A stretch of DNA of 41,027 bases from a virus. Taxonomy: Duplodnaviria; Heunggongvirae; Uroviricota; Caudoviricetes. The notes under the pieces were generated by a model. That model ran no database searches. It was given only the letters and a program-made list of their open reading frames with translations, and was not told where the DNA came from. Shown here piece by piece: positions 9,301 through 18,743 of this stretch. The stretch covers positions 128,001 through 169,027 of the IMG/VR virus record IMGVR_UViG_3300035208_002255; one strand, written 5' to 3'. The first letter of the stretch is position 1, and every line of letters starts with the position of its first letter. The position numbers and the translations under genes are program-made.

Positions 9301-9794
9301 AACCAGGACAACTCTGTGAGTTTGCTGGATGCCTAAATCCGGCAGTTCATCAAGCAAAGATTGGGCATCCGCTTGAGGGTAGGTGGTGTTGTCAAGAATG
9401 TCTTGATAACCCTTTGGGAGTTCAAGAAGACACGGAAGTGAAACGGCTCGGACGCAAGATTGAAGAGAAGCAAAAGTTTCTCAGAGAGATGCGGCACGAG
9501 ATACAATCTCAGATTGTAGAGCACCAAAACGAAATCTTGCAAGCAATCTTCGATGGGTTGAAGACATACAAGACTCATCCAAAGATTTTACTTGACCGAG
9601 AGATGAGGAATGGTAAGAATGATTTGGAAGAATATCTTACCAAGAAAAGGCTTAAGGTTGAAGACCCTTCGTACTTGGCACTTGGAAGTTGGACATGCCT
9701 AGCAAGCCCAACTGGTTCATGTGTGTATGATCACATTAATGATCCTGTCAAAGACTGCTGCATCTTCTGCGGCGGACCTGAAGAGCGAAAATAA
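9297..9794 (+). CDS. Hypothetical Cys-rich (Zn-binding) protein
   Basis: Cys clusters at both ends; ATGA overlap with the previous gene. Confidence 0.65.
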   Translation: MKPGQLCEFAGCLNPAVHQAKIGHPLEGRWCCQECLDNPLGVQEDTEVKRLGRKIEEKQKFLREMRHEIQSQIVEHQNEILQAIFDGLKTYKTHPKILLDREMRNGKNDLEEYLTKKRLKVEDPSYLALGSWTCLASPTGSCVYDHINDPVKDCCIFCGGPEERK

Positions 9795-9951
9795 ATGTCC
9801 TGTCTGTGGGGAGCGCGAGATACACATGAGTTCTTGCGCTTCTCACAACGGACACAACTGTGATTGCTACGATTGGCAGTGTTCAATCTGTGGCGAACCG
9901 GTTGACAGTTGTGATTGTAAACGATGTCCCAAATGTGGGAGGGTAAGATGA
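9721..9951 (+). CDS. Small Cys-rich protein, start uncertain
   Basis: Multiple CxxC motifs in the 3' part; fills the gap between genes. Confidence 0.4.
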   Translation: MCMITLMILSKTAASSAADLKSENKCPVCGEREIHMSSCASHNGHNCDCYDWQCSICGEPVDSCDCKRCPKCGRVR

Positions 9952-10400
9952 AAGAAACTGATACCTACATCAGCGTACATATCTCTGATCTTAAAAGTCT
10001 GCCAGGTGAATATCTTGACAAATTGAATCATGCACTTGAAGTAATGAAATCATCAGAAGGTAGAGTTGTTTCATTTCAAGTTGTATCTGTTTCGAAAGTA
10101 CTTGATCAAGTCCAGTTTCTGTGCTATCCAGCATTCTGGAGCAAGATTTTCCCGGAGCTTACTGAGTCCTGGATATTGACATTCGGAGATGGGGGAACAC
10201 GGATTGTACACGAAAAGTACGATGCTATCAATCCTCCTATACTTCACCACAAGGAACTCTACATCAAGGATACAAATCCCGATGTTGCAATGCTTCGGGA
10301 AGTGACTCGAAAGTGTGAAGAGGCTGGATGCTTTGAGCAAACGATTGAGAATCGGTATCAATGGATTCAGACCCTTAATGAGAAAGGAGTAGAACTTTGA
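9948..10400 (+). CDS. Stand-alone domain resembling the non-catalytic repeat of DNA-phosphorothioation-associated putative methyltransferases
   Basis: FLCYPAF...PELTES...Y..INPPILHHKE...T..CEEAG...W...L...G pattern. Confidence 0.55.
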   Translation: MKETDTYISVHISDLKSLPGEYLDKLNHALEVMKSSEGRVVSFQVVSVSKVLDQVQFLCYPAFWSKIFPELTESWILTFGDGGTRIVHEKYDAINPPILHHKELYIKDTNPDVAMLREVTRKCEEAGCFEQTIENRYQWIQTLNEKGVEL

Positions 10401-10624
10401 GCTATATTCCAAAGCTGTTCATGCACTGCAAAACGTGTGGAGGTAATCAGCTTGTGGTTGCAATCTCAACCGAGAACGAGCTGCTGATGATGTGTGAGAA
10501 ATGCAAGAAACTCGTAGCGGTTATCAGTGAGTGGCCGGATCAGACCAACGTTCACGGAAACGATTGTGAATGTGACCGCTGCAAAGAAGAACAAAGCAAG
10601 ATATCAAAAGATATGTTGAACTAG
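10397..10624 (+). CDS. Small Zn-ribbon protein
   Basis: CKTC, CEKC and CECDRC motifs. Confidence 0.6.
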   Translation: MSYIPKLFMHCKTCGGNQLVVAISTENELLMMCEKCKKLVAVISEWPDQTNVHGNDCECDRCKEEQSKISKDMLN

Positions 10625-10667
10625 CCTTGAAGGTCCCTGGATTTTTGTGGTAAAGCCATATAAGTTC

Positions 10668-11297
10668 ATGGGACTTTACAAGCTTTCTTCTCAATTCACC
10701 GATTTCATAAAGGCAAGGTCAGCCAATCCAGAAAAGATTCTTGAGCAAGTATCTGATGCTATTGAGGATCTTGGAGACAAGGGCCACATACTTCCTGGTG
10801 GAGCCGCTGCACTGGAAGCTTTTCACTCATACACTCCTGGAAAAGGGGATGCGAGTGACCAGGATATGTTTGATTACTTAGGAGAGAATGCTGCACCGGT
10901 TATCAACAGGATGTACAGAATTCTTGGTGAGTTGGTAAGCACTGGTAAGCTTGATATGGTTACCAGAAAAGTGATTGAGACTTTCTTAAAGTCATGGACA
11001 CCATATCCTGAGGAGAAAGTTCAGACAGGTGTTCCTGGAGTTTCCGGAGTGATTCGACGCAAGAAGCCTGAAGGTCAGGAACCTGTTGAAGATGTTAAGC
11101 TTCCTGAGATGGAGACTAGAAATAGATGGTCCAGTCCAGAGGATAGAATGATTGCTCGATTGGATCGTGAGCGTGTAGCATCATCGTTGTATGATTTGTT
11201 TACCAAGGCTGGGGTACTTGAGAAGCTTCCAGACTTTGAGGAGCGCAAGGTTAGATTAGCTGAGCGTTCATTTGAGTGGGCAAAAATAGCTCAGTAA
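10668..11297 (+). CDS. Hypothetical protein
   Basis: Long ORF; ATG 10668 lies downstream of a TTGAAG...TGGTAAAGC promoter-like sequence. Confidence 0.7.
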   Translation: MGLYKLSSQFTDFIKARSANPEKILEQVSDAIEDLGDKGHILPGGAAALEAFHSYTPGKGDASDQDMFDYLGENAAPVINRMYRILGELVSTGKLDMVTRKVIETFLKSWTPYPEEKVQTGVPGVSGVIRRKKPEGQEPVEDVKLPEMETRNRWSSPEDRMIARLDRERVASSLYDLFTKAGVLEKLPDFEERKVRLAERSFEWAKIAQ

Positions 11298-11324
11298 AGT
11301 GGTCGAGGAATATAGCTACCATGC

Positions 11325-12032
11325 ATGGTAGTTATGTCAGAGAACAAAACAAAATTAACATGCATATGTGGCAAAACCTTTCACCGAAAAGTTGTAGAGG
11401 GTCAGGTCTATGCTTGCAGTAGAGAGTGTAGGAGAAAACTACTCTCTGAAATAGGTTATCAATGTAGTATCTGTAAGAATCGTTTTTCTGAAGATAAGTT
11501 CAGATGGTTTAATGATTCAAGATATCACACTGGGAAGAGAAGGTTTCCATATTGTTTGGATTGTGAAAAACAAAAGATACAAACTTATAGAGACACTCAC
11601 CAAGATGATATGAAAAACCAACATGATAAGTGGCGTAAGAAAAACTTATCTATTGGAGGTGATTTTTCGTTACGTTGGTATTTGATGAGAAGATTAGGTT
11701 CTTATCGAAGAACATGCAAAGAACTTGGTGTTGAATGTGATATAGATGCCGATTATCTTCTCGAACTATATCACAAACAAAACGGTAATTGTTATTACAC
11801 ATCTGAAAAGATGGAATGGAACAATTACGGTAAAGGAAAAGGAAAACAAAGAAAATCAACATTATCAGTTGATAGGTTAACTCCAAACTTAGGATACGTA
11901 AAAGGTAATGTTGCTCTTTGCACATGCAGTTCTAATCTATCAAAAACTGATAGAACAGAATCTGAGTTTTACTTATTTTGCGAAAAAGTTTTAGCTGTTA
12001 GAGATAAGCGTAATACGGAGATTAAGTCATGA
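11325..12032 (+). CDS. HNH-like (His-Me finger) homing endonuclease with Zn fingers
   Basis: CYYT...LSVDRLTPNLGYVKGNVALC...N..K; N-terminal Cys clusters; visibly more AT-rich than neighbours. Confidence 0.75.
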   Translation: MVVMSENKTKLTCICGKTFHRKVVEGQVYACSRECRRKLLSEIGYQCSICKNRFSEDKFRWFNDSRYHTGKRRFPYCLDCEKQKIQTYRDTHQDDMKNQHDKWRKKNLSIGGDFSLRWYLMRRLGSYRRTCKELGVECDIDADYLLELYHKQNGNCYYTSEKMEWNNYGKGKGKQRKSTLSVDRLTPNLGYVKGNVALCTCSSNLSKTDRTESEFYLFCEKVLAVRDKRNTEIKS

Positions 12033-12889
12033 AACTTATCTGGGGAACAGATTTCCATTTTAATTTTTTGCGAAATGATTTTGCTGTTCGTAAATTTGGA
12101 GAATATCTTTCAAAAGAATATCCTGATAATACTGGAATAATTATAACGGGTGATATTTCTGATGGAACACACATAGTTAATCACCTTAAAGAATTTTCTA
12201 GTAGTTTTACTAATCCGATTTATTTTGTCTTAGGTAACCATTCGTACTACGACGCATCATGGTCAAAAATAGATTCTTTGGTAACAAAGATTGTAGATGA
12301 AATTCCTCATCTATACTGGCTTAACCAAGGCATTCATGAAGTTTGTGGTCATGTTATCTGCGGCGTATGTGGATGGTACGATGCGTATCATGGAAACTCA
12401 AATTCAAATGTAGAGCTAAATGACTTTTATAATATCGCGGAATTACTTCCACAATCAAGGTATAGACCTTTACTTCTTGAAGAGATTCGAAGACGAGCTG
12501 GTTTTGAGGCAGACACTCTAGCAAGACACTTGAAAGAGGCTTGCAAAACTGACAATGAAGTAATCATTGTTGGTACTCACATTCCTCCATATGCTGAGAG
12601 TGCTTGGCATAACGGAAAGACTTCTGATAGGGAATGGGTTCCTTGGTTTAGTTCTGCAAGTACAGGAGCAACCCTGGATAGATTTGCTGAACATAATCCA
12701 GATAAAAAGTTCATTGTACTAACAGGACATTCTCACGGCTCTGGCATTTACCAGAGAAGAGACAACATGACAGTGTATACCGGTCCCGCTGTTTACGGAT
12801 TTCCCAATGTAAGCGGCTGGATTAATACCAAAGAAAGAAAGATCCAGGCGTATGGTCCTTCTGGCGAAAAGGTGGAACACAAGTATTAA
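12029..12889 (+). CDS. Calcineurin-like metallophosphoesterase
   Basis: TDFH, TGDISD, LGNH, THIPP and GHSH motifs. Confidence 0.88.
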   Translation: MKLIWGTDFHFNFLRNDFAVRKFGEYLSKEYPDNTGIIITGDISDGTHIVNHLKEFSSSFTNPIYFVLGNHSYYDASWSKIDSLVTKIVDEIPHLYWLNQGIHEVCGHVICGVCGWYDAYHGNSNSNVELNDFYNIAELLPQSRYRPLLLEEIRRRAGFEADTLARHLKEACKTDNEVIIVGTHIPPYAESAWHNGKTSDREWVPWFSSASTGATLDRFAEHNPDKKFIVLTGHSHGSGIYQRRDNMTVYTGPAVYGFPNVSGWINTKERKIQAYGPSGEKVEHKY

Positions 12890-13598
12890 CCCCACTGGTT
12901 ATTGGGGTTCTGAAAAAATGGATGGATTCCGTTGCTACTGGAATTCTACACAACTTCTAAGCCGAAACGGAAACGTAATATACGCACCCAGGTGGTTTAC
13001 AAAAGACTTTCCAAAGATTGCCTTGGATGGAGAGATATGGGCAGGACGAGGAAGTTTTGAGAGGGTTGCTTCAGTTGTAAAAGGTTCCAGGGAGAATGAT
13101 TGGCGCAGCGTAGTGTTTGCTGTGTTTGATGCCCCTGAACATAAAGATCTTTTCGAGGGACGCATACAGGAAGCTAAGCGAGTGTTGACTAATAAATCAG
13201 CACACGCTTTAGTGATTCCATTCTGGATGTGTACTTCACGAAAACAACTCCTAGAGAAGCTTGATGAGATTGTGAACGCAGGCGGTGAGGGAATCATGCT
13301 TCGCCAAGCGCGTTCCATTTACATCAATGATCGTTCTTATATCCTGCTCAAGGTTAAGAAGTGGTATGATGAGGAGGCTGTTGTAATCGGATACGAACCC
13401 AGCAAAGCTAACAAGAAACTCTGCGGCGCTTTGAAAGTGATAACGCCTGACGGAAGAATCTTCAAGGTAGCTGGGTTCGATATGGTGATCGCAAACAACC
13501 CACCACCAATTGGAACAATCATCACGTACAAATACACGGCGTTGTCTAAGGAAGGGATTCCAAGACCAGCTGTGTTTGAAAGGGTTCGGGATGTCTGA
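12852..13598 (+). CDS. lig: ATP-dependent DNA ligase (minimal)
   Basis: SEKMDG (motif I), LDGEI, VFDAP, EGIMLR, LLKVK and an OB-fold tail. Confidence 0.92.
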   Translation: MVLLAKRWNTSINPTGYWGSEKMDGFRCYWNSTQLLSRNGNVIYAPRWFTKDFPKIALDGEIWAGRGSFERVASVVKGSRENDWRSVVFAVFDAPEHKDLFEGRIQEAKRVLTNKSAHALVIPFWMCTSRKQLLEKLDEIVNAGGEGIMLRQARSIYINDRSYILLKVKKWYDEEAVVIGYEPSKANKKLCGALKVITPDGRIFKVAGFDMVIANNPPPIGTIITYKYTALSKEGIPRPAVFERVRDV

Positions 13599-13651
13599 AC
13601 AAACGAAACGTCTGAGCGTTGTAGGTTTTTACCTTCTGAAGAAAAGCTGAT

Positions 13652-13936
13652 ATGTCTAAGAAGTTCTATGTACTAGCTAAAGCGAATCTTCCAAACCGTA
13701 TTGAATTTGCTGACGAACTTATTACGGCATACAGTGATGTTGTATTTGATAATGGAAAGTTTAAGGGAGAGATTCTGGTAACTGGAGTGGTTCATGCTGA
13801 GACTGATGAGCAAACGCTTGGAGCGGTTATTACGGATTATCTCAAAGTGCATACGGATTTTGTTGTGATACGCAAGGTAGAAATCCGAGACAACGTAGTG
13901 GTTGAGAAATCAATTAGTTACCAGCGAACCGGGTAA
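13652..13936 (+). CDS. Hypothetical protein
   Basis: ORF track. Confidence 0.6.
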   Translation: MSKKFYVLAKANLPNRIEFADELITAYSDVVFDNGKFKGEILVTGVVHAETDEQTLGAVITDYLKVHTDFVVIRKVEIRDNVVVEKSISYQRTG

Positions 13937-13948
13937 AGAAAAAAGTTG

Positions 13949-13977
13949 TTGACATCTCCGACAAAGTGTGGTAAAAC
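13949..13977 (+). promoter_or_regulatory. Sigma70-type promoter for ku
   Basis: TTGACA-17-TAAAAC with TGTG extended -10 and upstream A-tract. Confidence 0.55.
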
Positions 13978-14035
13978 TGCCAAGGCTGTTTTGGAAAACA
14001 ATCACAAACTTTAGTTTTAGAAAGATACAAATATC

Positions 14036-14941
14036 ATGGCATCACGATCCGTAGCACGAGTGGTCCTCACCTTTGGAATGGTCTCTGTGGGCATCAAGCT
14101 CTATCTGAGCGCATCTGCCGAGCAGGTTGGTTTCAACATGATCAATCCGGAAACGGGTAATCGTGTCAAACAGAAGTTGGTGGATGCAGTTACCGAGAAG
14201 GAATTGAATCGTGGAGATACGGTGAAAGGTTATGAGTACCAAAAGGATAAGTACTTGACCTTCACGGAGGAAGAGGTTGCCAATATGCAGGCAGCCAAGC
14301 GCGATACATTGGACATTGCGGAGTTCGTTCCGCTCAGTGAGATTGACCCGTTGCATGTCGAGAAGACGTACTACACTGGTCCCGACAAGGGAATGGATCG
14401 TCAGTATCAACTTCTGTTCCAGACTCTTAAGACCGAAGGCAAGGCTGCAGTTGGTACGTGGGTTGCTCGTGGCAAGGAACATTTGGTTACGGTTCGCGCT
14501 TACGAACACGGACTTATCATTCACCAGATGTTCTACAATTCGGAAGTTCGAGCTTTCGATGATACCTGTGATAAGGTTACTCTGTCTACGGTTGAGTTGG
14601 CAATGGGCAAGATGCTCATTACTCAGTTTTCTAAGGATACGTTTGACAAGTCTAAATACCGAGATCAGTTCGTGGACAAGTTGAACAAGGCAGTTGAGAT
14701 CAAGCTTGCGGGTGGTGAAATCACTGAGGTCCAGATCAAGACTCCTACGTCCAGTATGGCTGACTCGCTTCGTGCATCCCTTGCTGCAATGGGCGTTCCC
14801 GAGGCTCAAATCAATGACATGATTGCCAAGGCAGAAGCCGAGGTTGGTGTGAGTGTTCCGGTTAGTGCTCCAGTTGTTGAAGTTGTGGCTGAACCGGTAA
14901 AGCCGGCTCGTAAGAGTCGGGCCAAGAAGGCAGTTGCCTAA
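14036..14941 (+). CDS. ku: Ku DNA end-binding protein (NHEJ)
   Basis: LTFGMVSVGIKLY, VKGYEY, IAEFVPLSEIDP, YRDQF, SLRASL and a basic C-terminal tail. Confidence 0.93.
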   Translation: MASRSVARVVLTFGMVSVGIKLYLSASAEQVGFNMINPETGNRVKQKLVDAVTEKELNRGDTVKGYEYQKDKYLTFTEEEVANMQAAKRDTLDIAEFVPLSEIDPLHVEKTYYTGPDKGMDRQYQLLFQTLKTEGKAAVGTWVARGKEHLVTVRAYEHGLIIHQMFYNSEVRAFDDTCDKVTLSTVELAMGKMLITQFSKDTFDKSKYRDQFVDKLNKAVEIKLAGGEITEVQIKTPTSSMADSLRASLAAMGVPEAQINDMIAKAEAEVGVSVPVSAPVVEVVAEPVKPARKSRAKKAVA

Positions 14942-14954
14942 ACTTGGTAACAGC

Positions 14955-14981
14955 GAGGGGGCGGGCAACCGCCCCTCTTTT
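14955..14981 (+). terminator. Intrinsic terminator
   Basis: GAGGGGGCGG-GCAA-CCGCCCCTC followed by TTTT. Confidence 0.8.
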
Positions 14982-15021
14982 CAATACAAAATTAAAGATT
15001 CTAGATACGAAAGATACAATC

Positions 15022-15888
15022 ATGACTGAACTTAATGTTACTGAAGCGAAATCCCTTGCTCTTGTCGAAAGCTTCATTGATGACATTCAGAACTATGTCG
15101 ATGTAAATATCGGCGAAGGAACTGCGATGACGGCAGCTGCCATCTATGAAGGCTTCAAGTCAGATATCGGTTGTAACTTGAACGAAGAGGATTTCATCAA
15201 GGGTTTCCGTGCCGCTGTTAAGGCAGACCGTATCACTGGTATCGAAGGTGCTAAGCGCGCTGGGTACAAGCGAATTGGAGAGGCTCTTACAAAGAATGCT
15301 GTTGATATAGACTTGGAAAATATCGAGCCATATCTTGACGGTATTCAAGCTTTCGTTGACAAGTACATTCAGGGCGTAACGAGAATGACGGCTTCGGTTA
15401 TCTTTGAAAAGTTCTCAAAGACTACCAAATTCACATTGTCTGAGGAAGAGTTTGTGAAATCTTTCCGTCTTGCAATTCGCGAGGGTAAGATTCAGGGATT
15501 GGAGAGTGCTTACAAATTTGGTTACAAACGAGCTAGTACTGAGATGGTTGTTACCGATGACACCACTGAGGAAGAGAAGACTGGTCATGACATCTGTGAG
15601 ATTGTCATCGATGAGCGTAGGAAGTTGGTAGTTCTAGACCGATTGAACTGGGCATTTCAAGTTCGGCGAGAAACTGGAACCTGGGCAACAGAGGCATACA
15701 TTCCAAACATTCCTTCTGGAATGCAGTGTTTGGCGCGACGATTGATGGATGATGAGCTGAAAGGCTTGAGTAAATTCACGTTGAAAGATTTTATGTCTCG
15801 TATCATCGAGGCAGAAAATCACATAATTGAATTGATTACAAAGATTGTTCCAGAAAAGAAAGCTGAAAGGGAAGTTAAGGCGGCATGA
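15022..15888 (+). CDS. Hypothetical protein with a tandemly duplicated ~85-aa domain
   Basis: MTAAAIYEGF..EEDFIKGFR.A...I.GIE.A...GYKR recurs as MTASVIFEKF..EEEFVKSFR.A...I.GLE.A...GYKR. Confidence 0.75.
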   Translation: MTELNVTEAKSLALVESFIDDIQNYVDVNIGEGTAMTAAAIYEGFKSDIGCNLNEEDFIKGFRAAVKADRITGIEGAKRAGYKRIGEALTKNAVDIDLENIEPYLDGIQAFVDKYIQGVTRMTASVIFEKFSKTTKFTLSEEEFVKSFRLAIREGKIQGLESAYKFGYKRASTEMVVTDDTTEEEKTGHDICEIVIDERRKLVVLDRLNWAFQVRRETGTWATEAYIPNIPSGMQCLARRLMDDELKGLSKFTLKDFMSRIIEAENHIIELITKIVPEKKAEREVKAA

Positions 15889-16091
15889 GTTCAACGAAAG
15901 AAATTGACCTCCTGGCAAAAGAGATTGCGGATGTATTAGGAATTAATCCTGATAGCATTTCGCTTTCCAAAATGTCGGGAGGTTTCTGGATGGCGGATGT
16001 TTCCAATCTAGAAAGCGAACTATTAGACTCTCCGATAAAAGTAATGCAGAGTCTGTTGACGAAAGCGAACGATTCGGTTAGCACCTGCTAA
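15885..16091 (+). CDS. Hypothetical protein
   Basis: ATGA overlap. Confidence 0.55.
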   Translation: MSSTKEIDLLAKEIADVLGINPDSISLSKMSGGFWMADVSNLESELLDSPIKVMQSLLTKANDSVSTC

Positions 16092-16157
16092 ACCCCTGTC
16101 GCGCCGTTGTGAGCCCATATAGCGAGTTACAATGATATTTCCTGAGCAAGGTGTAAT

Positions 16158-17204
16158 ATGCTTACTTCAATGAACGAAGTGCTTCAAGGACTTGGTATTC
16201 AGGGTACTTGCGTACGGGCCGAAGCTCATAGGCATCTAGCTTTCTATGACATCAAGCTTAATCGTAAGGCCTCTGCACTAGGAAAACTTCGTCGAAGTGC
16301 TCAGGAAATTGCCCTTCACCTCAAGACCAAGACCGTTCCTATTATGCGTCTTGTTCCTGAGGAAGGTATTGTAAGGCTGCAGGTTGCTCTTAACGATGCG
16401 CAGCCTGTAAGCCTTGCCGATTTATATCGAGGAGAGTGGATCCCGGACAATATGGTGTTCCCCATGTTGCTTGGTGAGAACGATGAAGGTAAGAAGCTTT
16501 GGATGGATATGAATCACAATCCACATTTAATTGTGGCTGGATCAACAGGTTCAGGGAAAAGTACTTTACTACACGCTTTAATTGCTAATGCATTCTTTAT
16601 TCACGCTCTACGGGTTCGTAACGTTAATGTTTACCTTGCGGATCCTAAACGTGTTGAGTTCACGGAGTACAAAGACCCTTCTCTTAATAATGTGATTCGT
16701 GGTGTAGCTTCTTCGTATGAAGAAGTTACCAAGATGCTTCAATACATATACAACACAATGGAGTACCGATACTCTGAGATGCATTCAATTGGGATGCGTT
16801 CAGTTGAGGAGAATCCTAAGAAGTTTCCTCTTATTCTATGTGTTGTTGATGAAGTTGCTGATTTGTTCATGCAGGACAAGGGTAATGCTCTTCAGTCTCT
16901 TGTTGTTAAGATTGCTCAAAAGGGTCGTGCATGTGGTATCTTCCTAACTCTGGCTACTCAGCGTCCTAGCGTTGATGTTATCACTGGTCTAATCAAGGCT
17001 AACTTCCCTGGACGAATTGCTTGTAAGACAGCTTCTCGCAAGGACTCTGAAGTTATTCTTGATCGTAGCGGTGCTGAGACGTTGTTGGGTCGTGGTGATG
17101 CAATGCTTCAAAATATGAAGTACGAATCAGTTCGATTCCAGGTTGCATATACAACACCTAAGGCAACGATTAGCAAGTTCAACAAACTTGTTTCAATGAA
17201 GTAG
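16158..17204 (+). CDS. FtsK/SpoIIIE motor-domain ATPase (no membrane or gamma domain)
   Basis: PHLIVAGSTGSGKS, DPKRVE, VVDEVADL, GRACGI.L.LATQRPS, GAETLLGRGDAM. Confidence 0.9.
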   Translation: MLTSMNEVLQGLGIQGTCVRAEAHRHLAFYDIKLNRKASALGKLRRSAQEIALHLKTKTVPIMRLVPEEGIVRLQVALNDAQPVSLADLYRGEWIPDNMVFPMLLGENDEGKKLWMDMNHNPHLIVAGSTGSGKSTLLHALIANAFFIHALRVRNVNVYLADPKRVEFTEYKDPSLNNVIRGVASSYEEVTKMLQYIYNTMEYRYSEMHSIGMRSVEENPKKFPLILCVVDEVADLFMQDKGNALQSLVVKIAQKGRACGIFLTLATQRPSVDVITGLIKANFPGRIACKTASRKDSEVILDRSGAETLLGRGDAMLQNMKYESVRFQVAYTTPKATISKFNKLVSMK

Positions 17205-17210
17205 GTTAAC

Positions 17211-18416
17211 ATGGATCAAATCGAAATGTATTGGAAGTGTTCCACATGCGGGACCATCAATGGTGGTTTGAGCAAGAGATGTGGGGAGCGTGTCATCAAG
17301 GACGGCAAAGTAACCAAAGGTTCTGGTGAGGGTTGTGGCAAACCTCAGGACCGCGAAGAGTGGTTCATGCCTGAAGACATTTCCGTGAATGCCAATCTCA
17401 CGGATGAGGAAAATATTGCAAAGGCTACCTGTGGGGTTGATTGGTATTGTGGATATTGTGGCTCCACGCAACGCAACTCTAATGGTGAGTGCGCTTCTTG
17501 CGGCGGTGATAAGGAAGCTTCTAAGGAAGACCGCAACGGAAAACACGGGTCATGGAATCCAGATAACAAAGAATCTTGGAATCCAGATAACAAAGAAGAT
17601 TTAGATTATTACAAAGAAGAGATGGGTTACAATCCGCGATACGAATCCATTCCTCCAAAGATTCCGATGAAGAGAAACATTCTACCGCTTGCAATTGGCG
17701 GGGCAGTTCTTGTGCTGCTGATCGGGTTCATTGTTTGGTTGTTCACACCAAAGTATCTGGAGGCGAAGGTTCAATCAGTTGCTTGGATGGGAACCGTTCA
17801 GGTAGAGCGATTCGTTCGCGTTCCTGATTCTGGTTGGTACTCTCCTGGTAACGCAGAGAATGTTCATTTTGAAGGGCCGAGAGTTCATCACTACGATCAT
17901 GTATTGGTTGGATCTCATCGTGAATCGTATTACGAACGGGTGGCTTGTGGACAAGATTGTAGGTCTGTAAGCGTTCCAAGATCTTGTAGGACTAATAAGA
18001 ATGGTTCTGCTAGTTGTAGTGGTGGAGGAACGAGACGAGAATGTTCTACAAAGTATTGTTCAGAAACTCGGTACAGAACAGTGAATGATTACCGAGAAGA
18101 GCCAAGGTATCAAATGTGGTATTCATGGCACGTTTGGCGATGGCGTCACAACCGGAACGTGCAGTCATTTGGTACTGACTTGCAACCCAAAGAACCTACT
18201 GGAATTCAGATTGCTTTGAACTCTGGTTGTTTCGGGCGGGAGCAAGAGCGAAGGTCGGAGAACGTGTTTTCTTACAAATGTGTTTTCAAAGATGAAGGTA
18301 AGAAGCTTCAAACATACGAACCCAAATCCTTGCAAGAGTTTCAGAGATGTACTGCAGGACGTTCGGTTCGGTTGAAGTTTGTAGCTGGATCGATGAGCGT
18401 TGAAAGGTGGGAATAA
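17211..18416 (+). CDS. Membrane-anchored protein with RanBP2-type Zn fingers and a Cys-rich outer domain
   Basis: WKCSTCG..N and WYCGYCG..N..C..CG, one TM helix, SWNPDNKE tandem repeat. Confidence 0.75.
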   Translation: MDQIEMYWKCSTCGTINGGLSKRCGERVIKDGKVTKGSGEGCGKPQDREEWFMPEDISVNANLTDEENIAKATCGVDWYCGYCGSTQRNSNGECASCGGDKEASKEDRNGKHGSWNPDNKESWNPDNKEDLDYYKEEMGYNPRYESIPPKIPMKRNILPLAIGGAVLVLLIGFIVWLFTPKYLEAKVQSVAWMGTVQVERFVRVPDSGWYSPGNAENVHFEGPRVHHYDHVLVGSHRESYYERVACGQDCRSVSVPRSCRTNKNGSASCSGGGTRRECSTKYCSETRYRTVNDYREEPRYQMWYSWHVWRWRHNRNVQSFGTDLQPKEPTGIQIALNSGCFGREQERRSENVFSYKCVFKDEGKKLQTYEPKSLQEFQRCTAGRSVRLKFVAGSMSVERWE

Positions 18417-18417
18417 A

Positions 18418-18741
18418 ATGACTATTAGAACAGAACTTCACGAAGAAGAAAGCATAGCTATCAGCGAACCAATTTATGCTATGTTTCTTGGTGATTGCTT
18501 TGGCGTTGTACTTACCAAGCGTGGTCCAGAAGATCCGCACGTTTGCTTTACCATTGTTGTTGAAGATGATGGTACCTGGGCAGAGCGAAGTAGATCTTCT
18601 TTTTATTGGATGAACGATCTTCAAGATGTATTGAAAGCATCAATGAAGTTCGTGAAGAAGTTCTGTATTAAAAAGGATAAGTTTGAACACCAATTCACAC
18701 AAGACCAATTAGCTAGACCTATTCGGGTAAATGAAAGGTAA
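18418..18741 (+). CDS. Hypothetical protein
   Basis: ATG 18418 directly after the previous stop. Confidence 0.6.
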   Translation: MTIRTELHEEESIAISEPIYAMFLGDCFGVVLTKRGPEDPHVCFTIVVEDDGTWAERSRSSFYWMNDLQDVLKASMKFVKKFCIKKDKFEHQFTQDQLARPIRVNER

Positions 18742-18743
18742 TT

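Noticed and set aside
14042-14968. 308-aa minus-strand ORF
   Set aside because: It is an antisense shadow of the codon-biased ku gene and has no protein-like motifs. The other short minus-strand ORFs were rejected for the same reason.
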